A stretch of 64,000 bases of DNA from NCBI GenBank assembly GCA_965225945.1, contig CBDDBZ010000035.1, forward strand, positions 96,001 through 160,000, read 5' to 3'. Both the position numbers and the translations under genes were made by a program. The notes under the pieces are model-generated. The model made no database searches. It was given only the letters and a program-made list of their open reading frames with translations, and had not been told where the DNA came from. The DNA comes from Alphaproteobacteria bacterium (GTDB lineage Bacteria > Pseudomonadota > Alphaproteobacteria > GCA-2731375). Positions 49,475 to 59,113 of this stretch are shown here, piece after piece. Every line of letters starts with the position of its first letter. Position 1 is the stretch's first letter.

Positions 49475-50406
49475 TCAGGCACCGGTGTAGCCCGCTCGGC
49501 GCGCCTCGTCGTCGAGAAATTCCAGGATCCGGCGCATCGCCCGGGGATCGCTCATCACGTCGTGACGGGCGCCTTCTTGCAGCACGATCGAGTTCGAGCG
49601 GGGTCGCCCGGCGCCGAAGAAGGCACCGCAGTCGCCGGCCCGCCGGCGCGAGCGGCCGCGCGCGTACCAGGGATCGTTGGCCCGGACCAGGGCCAGCACC
49701 GGCTCGTCCGGCGGCGCCCCCAGCCCGCGCACCAGGGGCGAGCCTTGGCAGGTCCACTCGGCAACCACCCGGGCGCGGAAGGCGCTGCCCCGGTGCTGCG
49801 CGGCGGCGAGCCCGCCCTCGGAGACGCCGACAAGGAAGAGCTTCTTCTTGTCGATCCAGGGGAGTTTATTAAACCGCGTGAGCGCGTAGCTGAGCTCCGC
49901 CGCGCGGAAGTCGAAGACATAGTAGTTGCGGCCGCCACGACGGGTCTTCGTGTCGCATTGCTTGGGCCGGAGTTGGTCGGCACGGCGCTAGCGCCGTTCC
50001 CGCGCCGGGCGTAGCTGTCGGGCGCGATCACCGCGAAGCCGCGCCGCGCCATCGCCCTGAGCGGCGTCAGCCCCGCGAGGCCGTCACAGCCGTGCAGATA
50101 GAGCACCGTCGGATAGCGCCGCCCCCGCTCGGCCGCGAGCCTGGCCTGGAGCGCCGGCGTGTGCATTTTGGCGACCAGCGACGGACCGCCGCCGGCACCC
50201 GGCAAGACGACGATCGCCTGGTCGAAGGTGCGGGCGATCTCGCTCTCGCGCTCGGAGACCCGGCGCGGCTGCTTCGCCGGTGCCGGCGGAGGCGGTTGCG
50301 GCGCCTCAACCTGCTTCGCCGGCTCCGGCGGAGGCCGTGGCGGTTCCTCGGAGGCACAGGCCGCGAGCGCGGAAAACAGCACCAGCATCATTACCGGGCG
50401 GAGCAT
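49475..50406 (-). pseudogene. Dienelactone-hydrolase-like (alpha/beta) lipoprotein, frameshifted by a 30-nt insertion
   Basis: Lipobox ALAAC, YLHGCDG, GFAVIAPDS, nucleophile GVSEGG. Removing the net +29 nt at 49972-50001 gives a continuous 300-aa ORF. Confidence 0.8.
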
Positions 50407-50772
50407 GCCAATGTCCTCCGAGCTTGGGGGCGTGGAGGCGACGCGCCGCCACACGAGAGTGGTAGCCGATGGCCCCAATTCGGTCCAGCCCCTCGAGGCC
50501 AAGCCCGGTCGAAGACATAGTAGTTGCGGCCGCCACGACGGGTCTTCGTGTCGCATTGCTTGGGCCGGAAGCGCCGGGCGTAGCTGTCGGGCGCGATCAC
50601 CGCGAAGCCGCGCCGCGCCATCGCCCTGAGCGGCGTCAGCCCCGCGAGGCCGTCACAGCCGTGCAGATAGAGCACCGTCGGATAGCGCCGCCCCCGCTCG
50701 GCCGCGAGCCTGGCCTGGAGCGCCGGCGTGTGCATTTTGGCGACCAGCGACGGACCGCCGCCGGCACCCGGC
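49910..50772. repeat. 265-bp internal gene duplication (49910-50203 and 50508-50772)
   Basis: The copies are identical except that a 30-nt insert replaces one A in the first copy. Confidence 0.93.
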
Positions 50773-50787
50773 GCGGCCCGGCGGCGC

Positions 50788-50991
50788 GATAGGCGGGTCG
50801 GCGCGGGTGATGCCGGGACCGCCCTTGCGCGGGATCTTGTCGCCGGCCGCGACGTCGACGACGTAGATGGTGAGGGCGGCGCGCTCCGGGCCGAAGGTGG
50901 CGGCCGGATTGTCACCGCCGGATTCGATCAAGCAGAGCTCGCCCTGGGGGTACAGCGCCCCCATCTCCGCCAGGGTCGCCAGGTTCATCGA
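50788..50991 (-). pseudogene. ureG: Internal fragment of urease accessory GTPase UreG
   Basis: SMNLA...[42 protein letters not shown] matches the UreG core; both termini are missing. Confidence 0.85.
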
Positions 50992-51234
50992 ATGGATAGA
51001 GCACCTTCGCGCCTTGCAGCAGGTCCCCGAGATCCTCGAATTGCACCAGAAAATCAACGGTTTGGTTGAACGCCTCGGCCGCCTTCGCACGCCTGAGCGC
51101 CATCTCCGTGATCCTCCTTGCGAAACAAGTAGATCAACAGAGATCCGGGACTTTCTCCCGCGGTCACGCTCGAACTCACCCGATCGCCCGGCGCGCATTG
51201 GTTTACTTACTGCCGAGGGGCCGCTATACTTTTT

Positions 51235-52258
51235 CCTGATTACGCACTTTACTCAGCCGGATTGATGTGGTACAAATCGTGAACATTTGGTGGTTTTTCT
51301 GGAGGTTCACAATGCCACGCAACAAGGTTCAGTTCCAGAAGGGGCTCAGCGAGCCGCGTTTTCGTGAGTTGTACGGTACCGAGGAGCAGTGTCGCGAGGC
51401 CCTGTTCCGCTGGCGCTGGCCGGAGGGGTTCGCCTGCCCCCGATGTGGCGCCACGCGCCATTGCGAGATCGCCGGGCGAAAACTCTACCAATGCGCCGCC
51501 TGCCGTCATCAAGTCTCGCTGACCGCCGGCACGCTCTTCCACGCGACCAAGCTGGCGCTGACCCTGTGGTTCTCGGCGATCTATCACATGACCCAATCGA
51601 AGAAAGGGATCTCCTCCCTCGAACTCGGCCGGCGGCTCGGCGTCACCCAGACCACGGCCTGGAAGATCAAGCAGAAACTGATGCAGTCCATGCTCGAGCG
51701 CGATGCCAAATTGCCGCTCACCGGGCGGGTGGAGATGGACGATGCCTACCTCGGCGGCCGCCGTTCCGGGGCCAAGCGCGGCCGGGGCGCGCCGGGCAAG
51801 ACGCCGTTCGTCGCCGCCGTCCAGACCACGGCGGAGGGCCAGCCCGTGCGCATCAAGCTGCGCCGCGTCAAGGGCTTCCGCAAGAGCGAGATCGCCAAGA
51901 TGGCCAAGCGCGACCTGAGCCCTGGGGCGAGCGTCTTCAGCGACGGGCTCAACTGCTTCACCGCCGTCACCACGCGGGGCTGTGCGCATCATCCGATATC
52001 CACCGGACCCGGGGCCGTCGCCGGGCCCGCCTTCAAATGGGTCAACACGACCCTCGGCAACCTCAAAAACACCCTGCGCGGTACCTACCATGCGATCCGA
52101 CCCAAGCATGTGCCGCGCTACCTGGCGGCGTTCCAGTACCGATACAACCGCCGCTACCGGCTCGCCGACATGATCGAAGCCCTCGGCCGCGATGCCCTGC
52201 ATACGCCGCCCATGCCATATCGGCTCCTGAAGTTGGCTGAGGTTAGTGCGTAATCAGG
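51235..52258 (+). mobile_element. IS1595-family insertion sequence (1024 bp)
   Basis: 24-bp IRs CCTGATTACGCACTTTACTCAGCC / GGCTGAGGTTAGTGCGTAATCAGG (21/24 match); 8-bp TSD TACTTTTT at 51227-51234 and 52259-52266. Confidence 0.95.
51312..52253 (+). CDS. IS1595-family transposase
   Basis: NKVQFQKGLS, Zn ribbon CPRC/CAAC, VEMDDAYLGG, SDG, WVNT.LGNLK, YLAAFQYRYNRR. Confidence 0.95.
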   Translation: MPRNKVQFQKGLSEPRFRELYGTEEQCREALFRWRWPEGFACPRCGATRHCEIAGRKLYQCAACRHQVSLTAGTLFHATKLALTLWFSAIYHMTQSKKGISSLELGRRLGVTQTTAWKIKQKLMQSMLERDAKLPLTGRVEMDDAYLGGRRSGAKRGRGAPGKTPFVAAVQTTAEGQPVRIKLRRVKGFRKSEIAKMAKRDLSPGASVFSDGLNCFTAVTTRGCAHHPISTGPGAVAGPAFKWVNTTLGNLKNTLRGTYHAIRPKHVPRYLAAFQYRYNRRYRLADMIEALGRDALHTPPMPYRLLKLAEVSA

Positions 52259-52295
52259 TACTTTTTTGCATGGGAGAACGCGTCGAGGCGCATTT

Positions 52296-52551
52296 ATGAC
52301 AAATTCGCCCCTGCTGCGCGTGTCCGGTCTGAAGACCCACTTCATGATCAAGGAAGGGACCGTGCGCGCCGTCGACGGAGTCAGTTTCACGGTCGACGCA
52401 GGCGAAGTCTTGGGCATCGTCGGCGAATCCGGTTGCGGCAAGAGCGTGACCGCCAGATCGATATTGCGCCTCGTTCCCGACCCCCCTGGCCGCATCGTCG
52501 GCGGCGAGATCGAGTTCGACGGCACCGATATCCTAAGTTTGTCGAGTAGGG
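52296..52551 (+). pseudogene. OppD/DppD-type ABC ATPase, 5' fragment truncated by IS21
   Basis: RAVDGVSF...[20 protein letters not shown] ends at the TGT of the IS21 left end. Confidence 0.85.
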
Positions 52552-52950
52552 TGTAATCGGCGGAGCAAAAATACACCACTGAGGCGGCCGGTTTGTCTGG
52601 CTGCGGGCGGAGTGAAAATCCGCCATTGGATAGCCTTTCATCGTCTGGATGGAAGGCTGGAGGATGTACTCAGTGGAGCTTTATCGGAAGATCAGACTTG
52701 CCTGTCGCCATGAGGGCCTGAGCGGGCATGAGGCGGCGCGGCGATTTGGGGTTGATCGAAGGACGGTGGCGAAGATCCTGGCGCACTCGGTTCCGCCGGG
52801 CTACCGGCGCAGCCAGCCGCCGAAGCGGCCGAAGCTGGATGCGTTCACGGACGTCATCGACCGCATCCTGGAAGAGGATCTGACGCGTCCCAAGAAGCAG
52901 CGGCACACCGCCAAGCGGATCCGTGAGCGGCTTCGCGACGAGCATGGCTT
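52552..52950 (+). mobile_element. istA: IS21-family element: left end plus truncated istA
   Basis: TGTAATCGGCGGAGCAAAAATACACCA end with an internal GGCGGAG..AAAAT repeat. ORF from 52664 (MYSVELYRKIR...PKLD...PKKQRHTAKRI) is cut at 52950. Confidence 0.85.
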
Positions 52951-53294
52951 GAATTACGGTGACGAATTACGGTGACAGTGCACTTAATCAGCGCAAGGCG
53001 AGGCCCCAGGCCCCGAGCGTGCCGTCGCGCTTCAAGCGCGGAACCGGCACGTCGGCTGCCCCGTGGAGGGCATGACGCGCCATTGGCGTCGTCGTCGGAG
53101 GGAAGGCGATCGGCTCCGTCGTGACCGTGGTCCGCCCGTCATCCCCAGGTTGCCGCCACAGCCCAGGGGATGAAGGGCGCCTCCTGACTCTCGGTGAGTT
53201 TTGTGTGGCCTCGATGCCCGGCGTCGAGGTGGGGTGAAATCGGTCCCCTGAAATCCTCGGGTTGAGTGCACTGTCACCGTAATTCACCGTAATT
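52951..53294. repeat. REPIN/MITE-like element with 24-bp terminal inverted repeats and outward-duplicated ends
   Basis: GAATTACGGTGACAGTGCACTTAA (52964-52987) vs TTGAGTGCACTGTCACCGTAATTC (53262-53285). Extra tandem copies GAATTACGGTGAC (52951-52963) and CACCGTAATT (53285-53294). Confidence 0.8.
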
Positions 53295-53803
53295 AGTCGG
53301 CCGTTAAATTCCCGAATTTCGGCGGCATCGTTGGTGTATTCGTCGTGAGGCACGGTTCGAGTTTGCAAGAAATCGCCTGAGGCAAGGTGGATTTCTTGCA
53401 ATTTCGTTTGATTTTATGTTCTATTTTTCGCTGATTCATGTTATAGTCAAGCTCGTGATTATGAGGGCTCCCATGCGACCGAAGCAGTCTCCCAAGGCCG
53501 ATCACGACGACCTCTTCCGTTCGCGCCTCGACCACATCATCAACATGCGCCACCCGCTCGTCCTCTTGGCCGAGAGGATCGATTGGGCCTGGATCGAGGA
53601 ACACCTGACGGACCGCTTCGCCGACAACGGCCGACCCGCCGAGCCGGTCCGCTTCATGATCGGCATGTTCGTGCTGAAGCACACCTACACGCTCTCCGAC
53701 GAGCAGCTCTGGGAGCGTTGGGAGCACGATCCCTACTTCCAGTACTTCACCGGCGAGGAATTCTTCCAGCACGGGCTCCCCCACGAACGCTCGGGATTGA
53801 GCC
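53294..53803 (+). mobile_element. IS5-family element: left end plus truncated transposase
   Basis: TAGTCGGCCGTTAAA end. ORF from 53473 (MRPK...DDLFRSRLDHIINMRHPLVLLAERIDW...LSDEQL...PYFQYFTGEEFFQH) is truncated. Confidence 0.85.
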
Positions 53804-53857
53804 GGGAAAGGGGTCATTGTACTTTATTCGGCGGCACGGATGCGTTGGGATCGGCGC

Positions 53858-54048
53858 ATGCCTCGCACCACAAGCGCCGCCGACATGGCCTATCACGTCA
53901 TCACCTGAGGCAACGGCATGGCGAGGGTATTCCACGACGATGACGATTTCGCCGCCTTCCACCGCTCGAGCGGTTCGCATCGCATCGCCATGCGCATCGC
54001 CGCCTAAATGCGTCATGCCCAACCCTTTTCATCTCGTCCTCTGGCCGC
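53858..54048 (+). pseudogene. RAYT / IS200-like Y1 (HUH) transposase remnant
   Basis: MPR...YHVIT*GNG..RVFHDDDDF...MRIAA* then a frameshift to CVMPNPFHLVLWP; two stops and one frameshift. Confidence 0.75.
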
Positions 54049-54236
54049 CCGCATCGAAAGCGCCGGAGGTCGACGAAGATGTGGACGGAAGCGCGGGGCG
54101 GCGTGGTGGGACAAGGTCCGGGGAAATAGAGATCACTTTTCGAGGTACTTCCGGCCATGGAAACGCTCACGTCCGAAGTCGCGACGAGGACCCCGTCGCT
54201 GGCCGTGTCGATAAAAAATGCTTCGACCGGCCCCGC

Positions 54237-54764
54237 CTACGTCGGCCAGGCGTCGCGGATCGGCTCGCTGCCGTCCCAGGCGGTGGCGATCTCGTGGATC
54301 GCCTCGAACTGGCGGCGCCGCGTCTCGGTGTAGGCGGCGAGCTCGACCACCGTGCCGGGATGGCTCTCGGTCGCCAGGTAGACGAAGGGTCCCCGGTTGG
54401 TGCTTCCCTGCTGGGCGATCACGTAGCCGTCGGCCAGCGCCTTGCTCACCATGGCGTCGTAGTCCTCGGGGAAATAGCAGATGTGCTGCAGCCCCTCGTG
54501 GCCGGCGGCGACGAAGTCGCGGTACATCGAGGGCGCGTCGTTGCGCTGCTGGATCAGCTCGACCTGGACGGCGCCCGAATAGGTGATGGCGATGGAGACA
54601 TGGGGCGCGGACGGCTCGCCGTAATAGCGGAAGTCGGTCACCGCCAAGCGCTCGACATAGAACCAGGGGCCGACGTCGAAGACCTCCAGCCAATGGCGCA
54701 TCGCCGCCTCGATGTCCCCCACGACATAGCCCAACTGGCACAAATTCCCGAAGCGCCGGCTCAT
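54237..54764 (-). CDS. VOC/glyoxalase family protein
   Basis: QLGYVVGDIEAAM..W, GPWF, VQVELIQQ, GLQHI, GTVVEL. Confidence 0.88.
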   Translation of the reverse strand: MSRRFGNLCQLGYVVGDIEAAMRHWLEVFDVGPWFYVERLAVTDFRYYGEPSAPHVSIAITYSGAVQVELIQQRNDAPSMYRDFVAAGHEGLQHICYFPEDYDAMVSKALADGYVIAQQGSTNRGPFVYLATESHPGTVVELAAYTETRRRQFEAIHEIATAWDGSEPIRDAWPT

Positions 54765-54864
54765 GATCTTTCTCCCCCGTTGCGGCTCGATCATCCGATA
54801 CCATCGAGCGCCACAATTGGCCATGCCCGGCCGCCCCACTCCGCCGTTCGAGCCGCTCGCGCTC

Positions 54865-55758
54865 TCAGGCGGCGATCACGGGGGCCTCGCCGGCCACGCT
54901 GGTCCGGTGCATCACCCGGCGTTCGCTCGGGTCATGGGGCGTGACCAGGTGCATCGTGCAGCGGTTGTCCCACATCACGATGTCGTCGCTCTCCCAGCCA
55001 TGGCGATAGACGAATTCGTCGCGCTCGGCGAACGCCGTCAATTCCCCGATCAGCGCCGCGCCGTCAGCCCCCGACATGCCCTCTACCCGGTCGTTGTAGA
55101 TCGGGCTGATGTAGAGCGAAGCCCGGCCGGTGACGGGGTGGCGGCGCACCATGGGCTGCCACACGGGCGGCATCGCCTCGCGCTCATCCGGGGTGAGGGG
55201 CTTCAACTTGGCGAAGGCGTGCAGATAGCCGAAGTCGTGGCGTGCCGCGCGCCCCTCGATTCCGCGGCGCAGGCGCTCCGGCAGCGCGTCGAGGACCCGG
55301 TACATGTTGGTGAAGCAGGTCTCGCCGCCGCTCCGGCTGACCTCGAGCCCCCGCAGGATCGAGGCCATGGAGGGGATCGGGCGAAAGCTGCTGTCGGTGT
55401 GCCAGCGCCGGGCCTGGGCGAGCTGGGCGATGGTGGGATGCGTGGGCGCCATCATCTCGCCGTCGTCGCCGACGTTGGAGACGCGGAAGATTTCCGGCGC
55501 GCGGGCGGAACGGATGATGTTCTGGTGGTGCACCTCCAGCTCGCCGAAGCCGCGGGAGAAGGCGATCTGCTCCTCGTCGCTGATCGCTTGTCCCGGAAAC
55601 ACGAGGACCAAATTGTCCATCCAGGCGTCGTGGACGGCGTCGCGAACTTCGGGCGTCAACGGCCGCGTCAGATCGAGCCCCCGCACCTCGGCGCCGAGTG
55701 CGGGATGCAGTTTGCGGATCTGGAGTGCCCGGGTCGAGCTCTCCCGCGCGATGGCCAT
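54865..55758 (-). CDS. TauD/TfdA Fe(II)/2-oxoglutarate dioxygenase
   Basis: LGAEVRGLDL, WHTDSSF, GGET.F, VRRHPVTGR.SLY, MWDNRCTMH, R.MHRT. Confidence 0.92.
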   Translation of the reverse strand: MAIARESSTRALQIRKLHPALGAEVRGLDLTRPLTPEVRDAVHDAWMDNLVLVFPGQAISDEEQIAFSRGFGELEVHHQNIIRSARAPEIFRVSNVGDDGEMMAPTHPTIAQLAQARRWHTDSSFRPIPSMASILRGLEVSRSGGETCFTNMYRVLDALPERLRRGIEGRAARHDFGYLHAFAKLKPLTPDEREAMPPVWQPMVRRHPVTGRASLYISPIYNDRVEGMSGADGAALIGELTAFAERDEFVYRHGWESDDIVMWDNRCTMHLVTPHDPSERRVMHRTSVAGEAPVIAA

Positions 55759-55926
55759 GTCTGAACTCCCTCGATTGGCGCGCCGACCTTCAATCGTCGA
55801 CGAACTCGCTTTCCACGGTGCGGGCGCATTCGAGCATACCGCTCTCCCTGCCGGCGACGGGGGCGGCTTCGCTCGGTTGATGCTCGCATATATCGCGCTG
55901 GCTTTGAAGGCCGGCCGGGTCGGGTA

Positions 55927-56286
55927 CCAGGGCAATCGCGTGAACGCGATTGCCCTGGATTGTTCTTGTTCCCTCAGACGCCGGGCGCGCCCATCCGGGC
56001 GCTCGGGCGCTGCTCGCATAAGCTCGCGGGGCCTCAATGGCCCGTTGGCGGCGGTTGACGCGGTATCAAGGCCGTGGCCATCACTTCTGGCGATTGCCCT
56101 GGGGATTCGAACAGGGCAATCGCGTGAACGCGATCACCCTGGATTCTTCTTGTTCCCTCAGACGCCGGGCGCGCCCATTCGGGCGCTCGGGCGCTGCTCG
56201 CATGGGCTCGCGGGGCCTCAATGGCCCATTCGCGGCGGTTGACGCGGTATCAAGGCCGTGTCCATCACTTCACGCGATTGCCCCGG
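55927..56286. repeat. Two tandem diverged ~175-bp MITE-like units (period 184 bp)
   Basis: Each unit starts CAGGGCAATCGCGTGAA and ends GCGATTGCCC(T/C)GG. Unit 1 has a perfect 14-bp hairpin CCAGGGCAATCGCG-TGAA-CGCGATTGCCCTGG (55927-55958). Confidence 0.85.
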
Positions 56287-56300
56287 GTCGGGCACGGACT

Positions 56301-56849
56301 CTACGTCTCTTCCCCGTGATAGCTCACTTGCTGCTCCAGAATGCGGTGCATTTCAGCCGGCCGGATACCCAGCATGGCGATGGAAATCTGCACCGTCGGA
56401 TAGCCCGCCATCTCGCCGCGATAGCGCATCAGCTCCGGGCTCATCAGCAGCGAGCCGACCTCGCGGCGAAGCTGTTCCGCGTGCTCGGGCGCCAACGCCG
56501 CCTTGTCGTAGGCGATGATCAGCGCGGTCCGGTGGAAGCTGGCGCGCCCCAAACCGATGCCGGTGATGGCGGGCCAGGGGAGGTGGCCGAAATTCGGCCG
56601 GCGACAGGTGATCCCTTCGCCGTCTATCACTAGGACCGGCTTGGGCGAAAATCCGATCATCGCCATGCCGATGCCGCAGACGATGCCGGTGACGATCATC
56701 GCCACGCCGAGCGTCGTCGTCTCGCCCGGCTGTTGCAGGACCTTCCAGCCGAGCAGGGTGACGTAGAAGCAGGCGAGCGCGACGAGGCCGTGCTTGAACC
56801 GCGAGGCGTGGATCTCGACCCGACCCTCCGATGGCGCGGGCGCTTTCAC
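56301..56849 (-). CDS. Hypothetical membrane protein (two TMs plus a PH-like tail)
   Basis: GTG start, two hydrophobic helices, PVLVIDGEGI...LPWPAI motif. Confidence 0.7.
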   Translation of the reverse strand: MKAPAPSEGRVEIHASRFKHGLVALACFYVTLLGWKVLQQPGETTTLGVAMIVTGIVCGIGMAMIGFSPKPVLVIDGEGITCRRPNFGHLPWPAITGIGLGRASFHRTALIIAYDKAALAPEHAEQLRREVGSLLMSPELMRYRGEMAGYPTVQISIAMLGIRPAEMHRILEQQVSYHGEET

Positions 56850-58088
56850 GCGCCAGCCTCGGGTTTGGCGGCGTCGTGATGCGGATAGAACACGATCGAG
56901 ACCAGCGACATCGCCATCATCGACGCTCCGGCGTGCCAGCCGCGGGCGATCGGCCCAACGGGTAGGCGTCGCCCGCTTGCAAATCCTCGAAACAGCGCAT
57001 CTCGGCTCCCGCTCCCGGGGAGGGAACATAGTGTGGTTCCCCCTCGCATGAAATGCCTAGTGTTCCGATCCTAACAAAAGTTTCCCAAAGGGCTTGCGTT
57101 CTGCGATTCTGGGGGAATGACGAAGACATTGGCATGCATCTGGCTGTCTCCCGCGGAGCGGGCGACGCTGGAAGGGTTGGTTTCTGGGCGGAACACGCCG
57201 CAGAAGCTGGTTTGGCGGGCACGGATAGTGTTGCTGTCGGCTGACGGGATTGGCACGATGACGATCGTCCGGTTGGTCGGCAAAAGTAAGGTGACGGTGT
57301 GGCGCTGGCAGGAGCGCTACCTTGCCAAAGGCATCGCCGGACTGCGCCGCGATGCGACGCGACCGGGACGCAAGCCGCCGCTGAGCGCCGAGGTGATCGA
57401 GCGGGTTGTGCATAAGACCTTGCACGAGACGCCGGAGGCGGCGACGCATTGGAGCATCCGCAAGATGGCCCGTGCCGTCGGCCTCAGCTACACCAGCGTG
57501 CAGCGGATCTGGAAGGCGCACGGCCTCAAGCCGCACCTGGTGAAGACCTTCAAGCTGTCGAATGACGAACACTTCGTCGAGAAGGTGCGCGATATCGTCG
57601 GTCTCTATCTCGATCCGCCGGACAAGGCGCTGGTTCTCTCGGTCGACGAGAAGAGCCAGATCCAGGCGCTCGACCGCACACAGCCCGGCTTGCCGATCAA
57701 GAAGGGCCGAGCCGGCACCATGACGCATGACTACAAGCGCCACGGCACGACGACATTGTTCGCCGCGCTCGACGTCGCCACCGGCAAGGTCATCGGCCAC
57801 TGCATGAAGCGGCACCGCCATCAGGAATGGCTGAAATTCCTGCGCCGTATCGACGCCGAGACGCCCAAGAAGCTCGACCTGCATCTGATCGCCGACAACT
57901 ACGCCACCCACAAGCATCCCAAGGTCAAGGCGTGGTTGGCAAAACATCCTCGCTTCCATATGCACTTCACTCCGACATCCGCCTCCTGGCTCAGCCAGGT
58001 CGAACGCTTCTTCGGCCTGATCACCAGCGATCAAATCCGTTGCGGCGTGTTCAAGAGCGTCGCCGAACTCGAAACAGCCATTCAGAAA

Positions 58089-59113
58089 GGCTCAATTCGT
58101 GAATTGTATGCGTCACCTTGTTACGGCGGCGGCGAGGCAGGCTCGGTCATTGGCGCCGGGGGCGAGGCCGACGAGGTGGAACCAGCTCAGGTAGTTGTCC
58201 AGATAGCGGGTGGCGATGCCGCGGCGGGGACGCAGGAAGTCCTTCAACCGGCTGTGGCGGCTGTTCACCGTCTGCACATGCAGATCGCCCCGAACCCGTT
58301 CCCCCATCGAGCGGTTGAGTGCTTCGTGGCTCACCCCGAGCGCGGCGGCGCACGGTGGGTAGCTCGCGCCGCCGTCGGAGACCAGCAGGGCGTCCTTCGC
58401 GACCACCGGGTCGAGGGCAGCCGTGAGCGCCGCCGCATCGACCCTGGGCAGCACCGCGCTGACCGTCGTTCCGCTCCGGTCCGCCGCCATGAGAACCGGT
58501 ACCTGCTCGCGCGAGAGGCCGCGCTTCTTCGCCTTGCCGCCCCGCCGCCGTGCCTTGCGCCCCAGCCCGCGCGCGCCCTTCCGGCTCTCCAGGACGTAGG
58601 TCTCGTCCGCTTCCACGATCCCCTTGAGCACCTCCGAATCGCTCCGCGCCGCCGCCAGAAACCGGTGACGCCAGCGGAACGCCGTGCTCACCGCCACGTC
58701 GCAGCGCGCCGCCGAGGCCTTCACCGTCTCCCCCTTCGCCAGCGACGCCCCGAACGACAGCCAGCGTTCCTTGTGGTGCAAGCCCGACAGCGGCGTACCG
58801 CTCAGCGCGTTGAAGGTCCTGCCGCAGCCCTTGCACTGGTAGCGCCGCAGACCCCGCGCCATACCGCCCGAAACCGCCCCCTCGCTCGAGCAGTGCGGAC
58901 AGCGCCGGGCCTCGTCCACACCAAGCTCGATCGCGGCCTTCGATGCCTCGCCCTCGCTCCGGCCCGACAGCACCGCGAGCGCCTCGCGCCGCTGCGCGCG
59001 CGTCAGCCCGCGCGCCGCCGAAAGCCACACCTGGAAACCCTTGCCGTCCATAACCCAACCTCCTGACGTTCCAGGCACTCTATCACTAATGCATACAATT
59101 CACGAATTGAGCC
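58089..59113 (-). mobile_element. IS1595-family insertion sequence (1025 bp)
   Basis: Perfect 23-bp IRs GGCTCAATTCGTGAATTGTATGC; 8-bp TSD TTCAGAAA at 58081-58088 and 59114-59121. Confidence 0.96.
58113..59051 (-). CDS. IS1595-family transposase
   Basis: CPHC/CKGC Zn ribbon, TAFRWRHRFL, IVEADETY, VSDG, HVQTVNSRHSRLK, GIATRYLDNYL. SD AGGAGG. Confidence 0.93.
   Translation of the reverse strand: MDGKGFQVWLSAARGLTRAQRREALAVLSGRSEGEASKAAIELGVDEARRCPHCSSEGAVSGGMARGLRRYQCKGCGRTFNALSGTPLSGLHHKERWLSFGASLAKGETVKASAARCDVAVSTAFRWRHRFLAAARSDSEVLKGIVEADETYVLESRKGARGLGRKARRRGGKAKKRGLSREQVPVLMAADRSGTTVSAVLPRVDAAALTAALDPVVAKDALLVSDGGASYPPCAAALGVSHEALNRSMGERVRGDLHVQTVNSRHSRLKDFLRPRRGIATRYLDNYLSWFHLVGLAPGANDRACLAAAVTR

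Noticed and set aside
49910-50772. Diversity-generating retroelement template/variable repeat pair
   Set aside because: No adenine-specific substitutions between the copies and no reverse transcriptase in the window.
52951-56286. CRISPR array
   Set aside because: The repeats are inverted or two-copy with no unique regular spacers, and there are no cas genes.
57117-59066. 649-aa IS630 transposase with a novel C-terminal domain
   Set aside because: Read-through into the antisense strand of the inserted IS1595.
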